From contig OX597815.1 of NCBI GenBank assembly GCA_951406725.2, forward strand, positions 135,594,001-135,658,000: a stretch of DNA of 64,000 nt, given 5' to 3'. The translations under genes were made by a program, and so were the position numbers. The notes below the pieces were generated by a model that had not been told where the DNA came from, did no database searches, and saw only the letters and a program-made list of their open reading frames with translations. The stretch is from Octopus vulgaris. Taxonomy: Eukaryota. Below are positions 12,751 to 26,477 of the stretch, piece by piece. The stretch's first letter is position 1; each line of letters begins with the position of its first letter.

Positions 12751-13331
12751 ATAGAAATGCTTGGAACACAGATGATACCCCGAACCCTCATACTTGTTTG
12801 CTTATCGCAACGTTGTATCGTGATTATTAGACTATACTCCTCAAAATTAGGGACGGAATATCATTTGAGTTAACCTTTCCGTCCTCCTTCTAACTGTAGT
12901 ATTTCGTAGATTGAAATCGTTTACTGACTTTGGCAATGAATTCGTCCAACAAGAAAATGTTGTCTTCTTTTGGCAGGAGAGAGAGAGAGAAAGACGGGCT
13001 GACAGAGAAGAAAGGAGAAAATAATAGGGAAATGGTGAGCCGGAGAGAAGAGGTAAAACGAACCATCAGCGCAAGTGTATATATTAGAGAAAGGGCAAAC
13101 CTAATCTAAGAAAGGAATGGAAGGAGTGGAACAGTGGCAAAACAGAGCAAAATAGAAAAAAAGAGGTAAGACATAGTGACAGAAAGAAAATCGAAACGAT
13201 GAGATCTGTATAGTGAAAGAATAAAAGCGAAGAAACTTATTTCTCGATCCTAATGAGCTTCGAAAAGCAAACGTCAGAAAAATCCATTAAGCTGTAAGAC
13301 GCATTTGGAAATTGCCAATATTGCGCGCGTG

Positions 13332-13372
<41 letters not shown>

Positions 13373-13407
13373 TTGTATATATGTTTATGAATATATACAT
13401 GTATATG

Positions 13408-13538
<131 letters not shown>

Positions 13539-13585
13539 CAATGATAAATCTCAGAGCGAGTTATAAACAGTAGCGGTAACACATC

Positions 13586-13901
<316 letters not shown>

Positions 13902-14431
13902 TCATTAGTAATATATTTAACAGAAAAGGTGTTTCTCTGTATGTCCTGTTACGCATGCCTAGTGATACACAATAACCGCTCATAGCGTTTTCCAGATCGG
14001 AGTACATGTTTATGCGCATGCCCGAAGATAAAAATTACCGTCAACGCTATTTGAAATTTTTACTTCGCCGATCAATCTTACGATCTATTCAAACAATTTG
14101 ACACCTAAAAATACTTATTACATAAGTTTTACTCACCGTTTCTTTAACACTACTAATATTTTTTTTTATCCTTCCTCCGTAGAAATAACTGTTTTTATTA
14201 AAGCTTATGTTTAGTTGTGTGTTATTTTTTCACTAATATATCTTATTAATTCATCATTGTTTTTTGGATATTAAATGCAGGTTCTGTTAATAACTGTTTT
14301 CATCTTCTAGGTCTCTGCTTTAAATTTTTATACATAAGACAACGAGTTTTTTTTATGATGACGTTGATCTGAACCCCTGAGTTGCTACTTTTCACAAGGG
14401 TTTTTTGTGGTTTCTTTACATTATATGTATA

Positions 14432-14510
<79 letters not shown>

Positions 14511-14559
14511 TAATAAATAAAACATATGCATATGTATATACATATATGTACGTACCTAC

Positions 14560-14772
14560 CTCTACATGTATATATACACGCATATATGAGTACAGGACAC
14601 AAAAAAAACGTCGAACACAATGAGAAACGAAAACATAGACACAAACCCAAGGAACTGGACATTTTTCTTAAACAACAAACAAATAGAGTACAGGACAAAT
14701 AACACAAGGAAAAAAACCCTTCTTCAATCGCCATGGTTTCATCTACTCTACGTTTCGAAGGTGAAGGCGAGA

Positions 14773-14775
<3 letters not shown>
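14560..14775 (-). mobile_element. TA-associated dispersed repeat, same family as 7805-8360
   Basis: GTACAGGAC...GAACACAATGAGAAACGAAAACA...CATCTACTC lies between (TA)n tracts. Confidence 0.65.
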
Positions 14776-14809
<34 letters not shown>

Positions 14810-14859
14810 CAATTGCGGCTTCGAAGATATTTGTTAGTCATTCAAGGAAAATAAAAAAT

Positions 14860-15100
14860 AATAAAACGTTAGATTCACTTCAACATTTAAATTTAATTTG
14901 CGTCAAAATATTTTCGTCGCTCTGAAACCGCGACCTGTTTGTTCACTGACTAAATTTCGTGCTGCATGTTGAAGGGAATCGAACGGGTTTTTTTGTGTGG
15001 TCTTAAATGGCTTACAATCACCTTCCATGCTGCAATAGTTTTTGTTTCAGCACATGATCTCAGATCAAGTCACTTGCTATGCGAGTACATTTCCGTAATA
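14860..15100. mobile_element. Second copy of the 1010-1288 fold-back family, with a minus-strand G3-C8 hammerhead at 14902-14950
   Basis: Minus strand reads GTCA-GTGAACA-aacag-GTCGC-ggtttcaga-GCGAC-GAA-AATATT-T-TGAC. 14966-15095 matches the second arm and the reverse complement of about 960-1010. Confidence 0.75.
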
Positions 15101-15129
15101 AGATTTTCATTTGTGTCAGAATTTTCATT

Positions 15130-15870
15130 GCTCGGCTGGTATCACAGACGAACTTTATCCAGGACAGACACCAGAAGACAGACCAGATTTAACCTACAGA
15201 GTATTTGATATGAAACGTAGGGATCTCTTGCATTATGTATTGGAGAATAATGTTTTGGGAGAGGTTGCAGGGTATATGTGAACTACAGAGTTTCAAAGCC
15301 TGGACTACGCCATTGTCATATGTTGTTCATATTAAAAAAATTGTTTATGCAGAACTTCCTAATCCACAAACGCAACCAATTCTGTTTCAACATGTCACCA
15401 AAAGCATGCTACATGGTCCACGTGGAAGAGATAAACCCAATGCAACATGTATAGTTGATGGGAAATATAAAAAAACACTTCCCTAAAAACTTTCAGGAAA
15501 ATATATTACACAATTATAATGGCTATCCACTCTACCAACGTCGAAATAATAGCTTTACATTTACAAAGTCTAATGTTGAATTAGATAATCATCCAGCAGC
15601 ACCATATTCCCTCTTCTTTTTAGTCAAATATGGAGGTCATTGTAATGTAGAGATATGTGCATCTGTAAAAATCAGTTAAATATATTAGCAAATATCATAA
15701 AAGCCATGATCGGATGGCAGTCAATATTTGTGGAGAAACCAATGCACAACAAACACACAAAGATGAAATTGAATAGTTTATCACTGGCCGCTATGCATCC
15801 TCATCAGGGGTAGTGTGGAGGATTTTAGGGTTCAAATTACATGGTTCGTATCCTGTAGTCCGACTGTGGA
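15130..15870 (+). pseudogene. Helitron Rep (HUH replication initiator) fragment
   Basis: Across frameshifts: DRPDLTYRVFDMK, EFQ, YAELP, MLHGP, FPKNF, GYPLYQRR, DN..APY, HCNVEICASVK, DEI..GRY, WRILGFKLH..VVRL. These are Helitron Rep-region motifs in the expected order. Confidence 0.9.
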
Positions 15871-16408
15871 GTTTGCAAATATTTCAGCTACTCCATATCA
15901 GACACGAGAACTTTTCTGCTCCTTTCTTAATTACTTCATTATGTATGTATGCTTCTGTATATATATATATTACACAAATATATGATAAAATGTAAAATAC
16001 GCTATCGTTAAGATACATAATGCCTATATATATACATATATATATATATATATACACTACCGTCAGATATTAATTAGCACCCTTGATTTGCTCTTCACTC
16101 AAGGTATGTGCTGTCACCTAGTGGCCATATCTCGAACTATTGCTTTGTTGCGAGTTCACTGTTGCGCAGAACGATGACGTAACTTTGTTTGCAGAGCAGT
16201 TTGAGAGTCTACAGCCTTATGATGTTGACATAGCAGTGCAACAACTTGGAGTGCGGATGCAGACAAATCTTCCTTTGTTTAATAGATATAGGTAGCGCCT
16301 CGCAAGGACCGAAATCACACCATACTAAGTTTTCTCATCGCGTAAGACGTTTTGAACAGCTCATAGGTTAATTGATTTAACCTATTTAATGTAGAAATTT
16401 GAGAAGTG

Positions 16409-16504
<96 letters not shown>

Positions 16505-16571
16505 ATATACATACATACATACATAAACACACACGCGCACACGCGCACACATATATATATACATATATATT

Positions 16572-16930
16572 GGTACAGGACGCCACCAACGGTGCAAATA
16601 ACATACACACAAGAGATAAGTACGAGAAGCGGGCAGTAGTTACAGGACAAAAATACGTAAACAATCGAGGGAAAAACCAGTGTGATACGTAAATAACGAG
16701 AAGAAAAAAGGAGAACTGGACCAGTTAACACAGAAAAGGACTCTTCATCAGTTGTCCTTTTTCTGTGTTAACCTGTCCTGTTTTACATTTTGTTTCGTTG
16801 TTTACGCATTTCAACCGTTTTCCCTCGTTTGTTTACGTATTTTTCTCGTTTTTGTCCGGTAACTACTGTCCACGTCTCGTATCTATCTCACGTGTGTATG
16901 TTATTTGCACTGTTGGTGACGTCCTGTACC
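16572..16930. repeat. Fold-back element with diverged arms of about 170 bp, next to (TA)n
   Basis: GGTACAGGACGCCACCAAC...GTTAACACAGAAAAGGA pairs with TCCTTTTTCTGTGTTAAC...GTTGGTGACGTCCTGTACC. The spacer reads CTGATGA on the minus strand. Confidence 0.85.
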
Positions 16931-17968
16931 CATATAGTTAGACCCCACTCTAACTACTACGCCCAGTTCTTTGGGTAACGGCTCTCTCAAATTCCATACT
17001 CGGGTATTTTTTTTTCTGAAGCCTTCAACTTGCAAATGTTTAAGTGGACCGTTATCGAAATCAATCACACCAACCTCGAAGGCCTGTAGAGGTCATGAGT
17101 ATAACACCTTCCTCCAGACAAAACCAACAAAAGAAATCTCAATCTAATTTAAGATTGCCTGCCCATCTTTTCTCATCCTTTGAAGAAGAATCAGTCATTT
17201 CCTCAAAGCTGTAATTATTTCTTTTATGGCGCAACAATATACCTTATATATTTTACCTTTTTGTGTCTGTGTATTTTATTTTGTTGCTGTTGTTTGTTCA
17301 TTCCTTGGGCTTTTTTTTAAAGTAATTTTTGCTTTTCTCGAATCTTAAGACGAGATAGGTTGACCGTCTAGAGTCATTCTGACGATTTCCTTATCTCAGA
17401 CAAAAGAACAGTTGTTATCACCAAGCCATCTATAAAATTCAGGTACGTATCTTCATTGTTGAATACTGTCTCAAGTCTACACAAATCTCTGATATCTCTT
17501 CCAAGATATCAGACCTGAAAATTACATTTCTGTGTCCACATCAGGTTTGCGTATGTATCACTTATGAATTTGATTTCGAATTACTGAACTTAGCGCCAGA
17601 AATGTGTACTAAAGGTTGCCACACGCGGGCGCACACTACATTCACCGTACGCTTTATATACTGCAGCTAAATCTCATTTAAATTGCTTTCGTTTGATTAA
17701 CTCTAATATTGATTTCCTTACATTTGGCCCAGGGCCATAAATTTGTCGGAGAAAAACATAGGTACAATCGATTGGGTTGATTCTCGTGCATATATTGGTA
17801 TTTCATTAAAACCTAGAAGAAAACAAGGGCAAGACGATACCTACAGGATTTGAACTCAGACTAATTGGATTTGAACTCCCGTGTGTATCTGCCAATCTTC
17901 AACCATTACCTAACCTCGAACACGTATACCATTTCTGCTCCCTTCAACCCTGCTTTAATTTCTCTCTT

Positions 17969-18025
<57 letters not shown>

Positions 18026-18585
18026 GCTACTCTTCCCAGTCTAAAAAGGCTACTAATTACATCCTTTTTCTTATTATCTTCTTGAAATTCCAACGTAGTC
18101 AACTTTGCATTTCATCCTTTCCGGGTTGATGAAATAAATACCGGTTGAGCACGTCGGTAGCTGTAATCGACCAACCCCCCACCCTAAAAATTCAGACTTT
18201 GTACCTATAGTAGAAGGGATTATCATCTCCTTGGCTCAGGATTGATCTTATTCAACGTATAATTTATGTGGTGGAAGGTTAATACATGTAGCCTTAGATA
18301 TTCACAAGATTTCTATCATGTGCTCAACACTCTTCTGGTGATCTTCCCTGTTCTTAAGAGACAAATCTTCAATAGAAACTCAACAAGATTATGTCATCCA
18401 TTTATCTGATGCAAAAATGATCTCAAGTACAATCTTTACAGATTTCATGTCCCAGCTCCTGACAACGTCAAATTTCATAGTGTTGTAGTTATTCGACTTT
18501 AATATGCTTATCCCAATCTAGTATCAAATGGATATAATGGATCAATAAGCATGCAAATTCGATTTTCGTTGTCTATTACTGTAAC

Positions 18586-18891
18586 GTGGAGGCGCAATGG
18601 CCCAGTGGTTAGGGCAGCGGACTCGCGGTTGTAGGATCGCGGTTTCCATTCCCAGACCGGGAGTTGGGAGTGTTTATTGAACGAAAACGCCTAAAGTTCC
18701 ACGAGGCTCCGGCAGGTGGTGGTCCCTGCTGTAGTCTTTCGCCACAACTTTCTCTCACACTTTCTTCTGTTGGTCTGCTCGCTTAGCCAGCGGGGTGGCG
18801 TCATTTGAAGGTTAAAACATTGCGAAGCGCATTGTGACCAGCGATGTGTAGCAACATCTGATAGCCTGGTCGGTCACGGTGATCACGGTGA
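18586..18891 (+). mobile_element. tRNA-derived SINE family C
   Basis: Head GTGGAGGCGCAATGGCCCAGTGGTTAGGGCAGCGGACTCG with A and B boxes. Copies at 25290-25466 and 35452-35835 (both minus). Confidence 0.85.
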
Positions 18892-19632
18892 TTACTGTAA
18901 TATCTGCTTGCTATCCGTTTTAATGACGAAGTCTCACAAAATTTTACATGTTTCTGATTCAAGTACTCGTTCTCCCTGATGATTGTACCATGTACTTCTG
19001 GCTTCAAACACACTTTTTGACAAAGCTTCTAGTGTAAAATTTTCAGTACTTTACTATATCTCCATTTATTATGTTCTTCCTGGCCCAACTTGGGGCATGC
19101 TGCAACAATGTCGCATCATCCTCTGCTTTGGCTAATGTAACAGTCAGATTCTTACAGCATGTTGACAAATGGACATTTTCTTATAATAATACTCCATAGC
19201 GCCGCCTGAATAAACCTTATGCTCCTTAACATGTATTTGCTTATCTTGTCACAGCAATGTTTAAATTTACACAAACACACATTGTGTGTGAAATAGAGAG
19301 AAAGAGTGAGGGAGATACTGCTTATGGGTGAATCAGTTCTTTGCTTAGATAGGTTTTATAGAAAATTTGTTACACTCTAGTTTTCCTTTTGTGTCAAAAA
19401 TGTTTCCTTTATTCTTTCTTCGTTTATCTTACTATGAGTTCATGGCAGTTAGTTACATAAAATGACATTGCACAATGCATCCCTCAGATCATTATTGTAG
19501 ATAAAACTGGAGTTCAAAATGTTTTGGGCAAGGTGATGTCTAAGTTTATATGAATAGCCGTATACATATATATACGCGCGCATGTATATCTGTATGTGTG
19601 TATATACGTACATATATGCATATTTATATAAG

Positions 19633-19769
<137 letters not shown>

Positions 19770-19834
19770 GCACACACACATATATGTTATATGTACATAA
19801 CTAATATATATAAGAGAACAAATATACACATATA

Positions 19835-20213
19835 GGTGCAGGAGTGGGTATGTGGTAAGTAGCTTGCTTACCAACCACATGGTCCCAGGTTCAGTGTCTT
19901 CTACTATAGTCTCGGGCCGATCAGAGCCTTGTGAGTGGATTTGGTAGAAGGAAACTGAAAGAAGCCCGTCGTATATATGTATATATGTATGTGTGTGTAT
20001 GTGTTTGTGTATCTGTGTTTGTCCCCCCAACATCGCTTGACAACCGATGCTGGTGTGTTTACGTCCCCGTAACTTAGCGGTTCGGCAAAAGAAACCGATA
20101 AAATAAGTACTAGGCTTACAAAGAATAAGACCTGGGGTCGATTTCCTCGAGTAAAGGCGGTGCTCCAGCATGGCCGCAGTCAAATGACTGAAACAAGTAA
20201 AAGAGTAAAGAGA
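19835..20213 (+). mobile_element. SINE family A
   Basis: tRNA-like head GGTGCAGGAGTGG...GGTTCAGT and the family body, with a small internal deletion. Confidence 0.85.
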
Positions 20214-20256
<43 letters not shown>

Positions 20257-20291
20257 AAAAAGAGAGAGTTTATATATATATATATATACAT

Positions 20292-20454
20292 ATATACGAC
20301 GAGTTTCTTTCAGTTTCCGTCTACCAAATCCACTCACAAAACTTTGGTCGGCCTGAGGCTATAGTAGAAGACGCCCAAGGTGCCACGCAGTGGGACTGAA
20401 CCCGGAACCATGTGGTTGGTAAACAAGCTACTCACCACACAGCCACTCCTACGC
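20292..20454 (-). mobile_element. SINE family A, 5' half
   Basis: Inverted relative to the copy at 19835. Confidence 0.85.
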
Positions 20455-20489
20455 CTAATATTTAATAAAAGAAAAATAAACTTATTTAC

Positions 20490-21169
20490 CTAAGTTTTAA
20501 CATCATCCCTTTCAAAATAGTCACCTCGTGCAGCAATATACCGGTCCCAGCGTTCCTGACTCTTTTAGCAGGTGCTTAATCTGCTGAATAGATAGGGCTG
20601 GTGCGGAAGCAATGCCATGTTTTTGGCGAGCAACTCATGAATGAGGAGAGCTCGGTGACGGGGTACATTGTTGTCGTGAAGAATTCAATTATTCGCGCTT
20701 CACAGACCCAGTCACTTTCGCCGAATGTCTTCCCTCAAACGGTTCAAAATCTCGCAGTAGAATTCTCAATTGACAGTCTGGCTCTGTGGAACGAATTCTC
20801 GATCCACAATACCACATTTCCGGGGTTGACGCTCGTCGCAGGTCTTCCAGAGATATTCTCATCATCTTCCAGGGATATTCTTTCGCTATTGAAGGATCTG
20901 TGCCACTCGAAACATTGCGTCCGACCCCAATTTTAACGCAAAATTTCACATTGGCTCCTTTGTTCTTGTCCATAACAAAATTGCAAACAACAGCATACAC
21001 GTGATCACAAAAACACAAATTTCACAGCTTGCGAAGTAAACACAGCGATGTCACTCGGCACACCGCCTCATGAAGGTCACTGCTAGCTCTCGCTGCACAT
21101 GCAACCGTGTGCTGCCATCTGTTGGCGCACTTCAGAACTAATCCGGAAACTTTTTGATACCACCCCGTA
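20490..21169 (-). mobile_element. Internally deleted mariner transposon
   Basis: TIR TACGGGGTGGTATCAAAAAGTTTCCGGA. Peptides ANVKFCVKIG, EFVPQSQTVN*EFYCEILNRLREDIRRK, ILHDNNVPRH, LPHQPY and QERWDRYIAARGDYFE. Confidence 0.85.
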
Positions 21170-21689
21170 TGTAACCTTGTACCAATATCAGATATCAGAA
21201 ATCAATACTGTTTAAAGAGTTGGACGCTAGTAACTATAAACAACCGAGTTAAATGCTTTACACTATATAAGTACTGGTGACTTGATCGATCTCATCGACT
21301 GTAACCTTTTTCCTCTAAAATCTATATTTTCATGACTGTCACAAAACATTATCATAAATATCTCGGTAAAAGCTATGGTAAAGCGTTTAATCGACTGAAC
21401 GACAAATGAAATAAATGTCATTGTAATATTTTACTTTCATGTTTCTAATATTTCAGGTAAAATCCCTCGGTTGTCGACTTTGCTTTTCATATGTCATTGT
21501 TGCTGCTTTTCTCACCTGAGCCCTGGTTCACCAACCCTATGATAAAAAGAAGCTTTCTTTTCTTTTTTTTCAGGTTGTGAATAGATTGACACTATAGTCA
21601 TCGATACACATCAGTAAATATCATGTACTGAGATCGACCCAAATGTAGATAAAAAAAATTGTCGTATCTTTCATAGGCCAACAAGTCTG

Positions 21690-21868
21690 AGGGGTGGGGA
21701 AGTCAATTACACTGGTCTCAGTGCTCAACTGGTAGTTATTTTATCGACCTCGAAAGGATGAAAGGCAAAGTCAACCTCGGTGGAATTTGAACTCAGAACG
21801 TAAAGACCGACGAAATGCTGCTAAAAATTTTATTCGGCCTGCTAATGATTCTCCGAGTTAGCCACCTT
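21690..21868 (-). mobile_element. SINE family B
   Basis: Core and head on the minus strand. Confidence 0.8.
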
Positions 21869-22394
21869 CGTTCCATATCAATAATGCAGTTTACGCCAGG
21901 TTCAGAGTTGTATGACTGGGTTACACGTAGCGACCTGAAGTACTTTTGAAAATCAAATTCCACTACTTGTGATATTTTTAGTTGCTTTTAAAATAAGCTG
22001 GGCTAAATCAAGTTACTATTGATATAAATGTCAATTAAGCAATTTATAGTATAGAACCATGCCTGCACCTCCTAAACTAGGTATCATAAATATCCCTTTT
22101 AAAGACGCAAAAAATGATTACGTATAATTTATTTTTTCCAGACTGCAAATTGAGTTAAAACTGAACTTGTGAATAACCAACCTCGAAACCCACGTTCTGA
22201 AAGCGTATTGACCACGATTGATGCTCGCTTTATTCGTATAATTCTGTCATTATTAGCATGACTCAGAATTTCAGAAGTTTAGATTACCTAAAATCTTCAC
22301 ATTTCAGGTATACTGGCTAAAGGACACTCTGGGAAGTGATTAATTGAAAATGGAATAAGGACTTATCCCGTACGGCATTTTATAAGGCTTGTGA

Positions 22395-22830
22395 AATTGA
22401 GACACGACCTAAATGATGAAAATAAGTCATCAACACATGACCATAAAATTTATTCCTCCAAAGAAGAAAGATATAGTTACTAAATTTAAAATTCGATAGT
22501 CTATATACGTTGCATATCATTCTTCTAGTCAATCCATTGTACATTTGAGAGATCTTTTGAAAGTACAGTGCCTTCATCTTCTGATACGAGCTTATTTAAT
22601 TTGCAATTCCACAGCACGAAGTGCAGTGCACTCGTCAATAAAGTCATAACACCAGCTCTGGTTACTGTTCTAGTTAGATTAATCAGTTGATATAGTCTGT
22701 GAAAAATATTAGTATGAGTGTGTTCGGTATCATAAGGCATGAATTTAATTTCATTTAGTAGGGTTAGATTCAATCACCATACTACCGCTTCAATTTCCCT
22801 ACCCGAAGCCTTGTATCAATACTGTAAAGA
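22395..22830 (-). pseudogene. Possible relic PIF1/RecD-like SF1 helicase
   Basis: Ordered but frameshifted motifs: LYSIDTRLRVGK (Walker A-like), FIDECTAL (Walker B), FFGGINFMV and D.FHHLGRV (GDxxQLxPV-like). Confidence 0.35.
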
Positions 22831-23684
22831 TAATTTTGGCAATATTGGAGTTGATTTGAGGCAGTGTTTTGCAATTGGTACGTGGGGCATCAAATCTGTG
22901 TGCACCCCACTACTCATTTTGCTCTTTCATCAAGAAGTATATTTCTTATTTGATTCTTATCAAATACAAATGTCATTTCCTGGATTTAGCCTGTTCACAG
23001 CATTTGACGAGTTCTCTTCATGATAAGAGAAAGCTAGAGCTGCTTTCACGTATCTTCATTAGGGAAAGATAGATAGATAGATAAATAAATAAATAAATAA
23101 ATAAATAAATAGATAAGTAGAGAAAAAGAGAGAGAGAGGGAGATATATATATATATAGAAAGATTGATAGATAGAGATAGGGAAAGAGAGAAAGAGAGAG
23201 ATGTATTGAGTTACAAATTGATAAATGATGGGGAATATCCCTTGCAGCTGATACCTTTCAAAGAAACACAGTGGTTGGCAAGAAGCAATCGTGTAAAGCG
23301 TTTTTTTTTTACTTTATAGATCAGTGAGATTCCTTAACAACGCTGTTCGAAATAACTTCTTTCTCTTGTGATGAATATATTGCAAAGTAACTATTTTCAA
23401 TGTACTCCGACACTGCCAATAAGCTTTACTTTTATTAAACCAGTCCTAAATTCTTTTGAAGGCATTAATGTACTAAAAAGATGAAGTAGATCAGTGTAAC
23501 ATTCACACTGCTGTATGAAACTTTGCTCGTAAAATGCAGAGAAGAATTATACATACTGACTATGCAAACCCTGGTGTTAATTTGGACTTCAATTCTATTT
23601 ATCTGGCGAATGTGAACTTTGGCAACGAATTTTCTACACTTCTGACCATTAGCAGTCAAAGCAATGATGTAATCCGAGAAAAGG

Positions 23685-23908
23685 TACGAGGTGGGTGTGC
23701 TGAAATGTTCCTGGTTTTAAATGTTTCGTGAAAGGTCTGGCTGGAGACCCAACCTTCCGAGTTCTTTTACAGGGCCTAGTAAAACTGAAGGGCCGCTTCA
23801 ATAGGTGTGTGAATCTGAGAGGGGAATATGTTGAATAAAACCATAATTAACCGATCTTCCTGTATTTTCTTTTACCAAAAGCCAGAAACTTTTCAGCACC
23901 TTCTCGTG
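23685..23908 (+). mobile_element. Mariner-derived MITE
   Basis: Inverted termini TACGAG..GTGCTGAAATGTTCCTGGTTTT and AAAAGCCAGAAACTTTTCAGCAC..CTCGT. It retains the transposase C-terminus GLVKLKGRFNRCVNLRGEYVE*. Confidence 0.8.
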
Positions 23909-24449
23909 CATAATCAACAAATATATCAAAGTTTCAATGAGAGCTTGTAAGGAAGTCCTTTCTCGCATCTTATCATATACCTTTGTTACACAAGACCACC
24001 TTTTTTCGGAACCGGCTGACTAATCTAAGCCAGTTGCAGTATTGTCAACCATTTACTGGGACAATATTCATGAGTGATAAAGTAAAAAAATCAGAGTCGT
24101 TATTCTGGACAAAAACCCATAAATATCAAGAATTCTACGGGAGATTCCAGACGGATTGACCAATCGGAGTTTGCATGGAAAATATACAAGTCACCTGTTA
24201 CTAATACCTGGTTGAATAGCTAATTGAGAGAGAAACATCTATGAAAACTAAACTCTGAAAGCAAATAGGACTAGGGCTTCTGTCAATAATCTTCAGAATC
24301 AAAATGTGACTAAGAACCATCTGCAGCTATGTCAAATCCTGATTCTACAATATGCAAAATCCTATTCAAAATTCAGAAATGATTTTCCAACGGCGAAGAC
24401 TTAGAGGGACTACACGACCGTAGTTATGTTTCATGCAGGAATATTATAC

Positions 24450-24835
24450 TTTTATCTTCTACTTGTTTCAGTACTCGGGCATCGAGAACTTTTAGTCGAG
24501 TGAATGAATCAACCTCAGTACCTTTTGTTTTGCAATAAGCCTAGTACTTACTCTATCGCTCTCTTTTGCCGAACCGCTAAGTTACAAAGACATAAATATA
24601 CCGACATCGGTTGTCAAGTGGTGGTGGGAAATAAGCATAGACACAAAGACACATATACACATACGTGCATACGACAGGAATCTTTCAGTTTCCATCTATC
24701 ATATCTATTGCCTACAAGGCCTAGGTCGGCCCGATGCTGAAGGAGAAGACACTTGCACAAGGTGCCGCGCAGTGAGGCAGAATCCAGAACCATGTGGTTG
24801 GGAAGCAAGCTTCTAACCACACAGCCACACTTGCA
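24450..24835 (-). mobile_element. SINE family A (diverged)
   Basis: Collinear with 25899-26305. Confidence 0.8.
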
Positions 24836-25289
24836 ACGCATTTTCTTTAACTACAGGCAGTGATGATATAAAACCAAAATTCAGTAGTATACGCTAGAAA
24901 GCACATAAATCGGTAAAAAAAAAAAATACTGCAAATTTTGCCGCTTTTGCTGCTAAGGTATGAATGTATCTGTTTGTTAACTTCATCGTTGCTGTTGTCT
25001 TCTTCTTCTTCTTCTTCTTCTTCCAACCAGGACTCACGCCATTAGCCACAAAGAATAATCTCTAATTCGACCCTACTCTAAGCTACTAAGAATACGTGTG
25101 GCAACTTGAAGCGCCATCCACCACACGCGTTATTATCCTCATTCCGTAAACGGAGGCTTTTAACGGGTGGAGAGCTGAAGCTTCCTGGGGTAAAGAGGAT
25201 TCGCAATCAAGACTAGGGTCTGAAAATCTACCACACCATAGTGGATTACACCATGGTTCCTCTGCGTTGTGGCAGAAGTAGGAAGAAAG

Positions 25290-25466
25290 AATGAGAGAAA
25301 GTTGTGGAGAAAGAGTACAGCGGGGTTCACAACCCCTCCCCGCCGGAGCCTCGTGGAGCTTAGGTGTTTTTGCTCTAAAAAACACTCACAATGCCTGGTC
25401 TGGGAATCGAAACCGCGTTCTTACGACCGCGAGTCTGCTGCCCTAACCAGTGGGCCATTGCGCCTC
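25290..25466 (-). mobile_element. SINE family C
   Basis: Reverse complement of the 18586 head. Confidence 0.8.
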
Positions 25467-25898
25467 TACTGTTGCTGTTGTTGCCGCTTTTCCTATGGTT
25501 GTAGTCGTCGTTGTTACTGTTGGCGTGATAGTTGAAATTGTTATTGTGATTCGTCTTTGTCGGTTATAATCATTTCATTGTCAACAGCAGCACCAACAGC
25601 TGTCTATAACAATGTTAAATGGCGGACACTTTTGTCAGAATATTTTACTTTTAAAAAGGAACCGGTTGATTTAATCAATGGCCACACACACGCAAACACA
25701 CGCAAACACACACACACATACACACGTGCACGCAACTGCATACACACATAGCGAAGACTATTGTAGCATACTTAAGGTGGTAAGTCGAATATAAATTTTT
25801 TGTTAATCAAAATGAAAGCATCAATGATAAAGTCATTATAAGCGTTTATAAAAATTCATTCCCACAAAGGACAAGGGAGAGAACTACCAAAAATCCTA

Positions 25899-26305
25899 TT
25901 CTTTTACTCTTAACTGTTTCAGTCATTTGACTCTGGCCATGCTGGAGCACCACCTTTAATCAAGCAAATCGACCCCAGGACTTATTCTTTGTCAGCCTAG
26001 TACTTATTCTATCGGTCTCTTTTGTCGAACCGCTAATTTACGGGGAGGTAAACACACCAGCATCGGTTGTCAAATAATGTCGGAGGGTCAAACACAGACA
26101 CACAAACATATACACACACATACATATATATGTACATATATACGACAGGCTTCTTTCAGTTTCCGTCTGCCAAATCCACTCACGAGGCTTTGGTCGGCCA
26201 GAGGCTATAGTAGGAGACACTTGCCCAAGGTGCCACGCAGTGGGACTGAGCCCGGAACTGTGTGGCTGGTAAGCAAACTACTTACCACACAACAACTCCT
26301 ACGTC
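25899..26305 (-). mobile_element. SINE family A, full length
   Basis: Complete tail, internal CA tract and head. Confidence 0.85.
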
Positions 26306-26422
26306 TACCATTGCTCAATAATTAATTTGAATGAAGGGAAGAAAGAGTGAGTTTCACATGTGGTAGCCTTGTTCATATCTCGAATCATATTTTAATCACA
26401 TTAGAAGAACTATAAGAGCGGA

Positions 26423-26477
<55 letters not shown>

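Noticed and set aside
18586-18660. tRNA genes at SINE heads
   Set aside because: They have A/B boxes but no complete cloverleaf, and they continue into shared SINE bodies.
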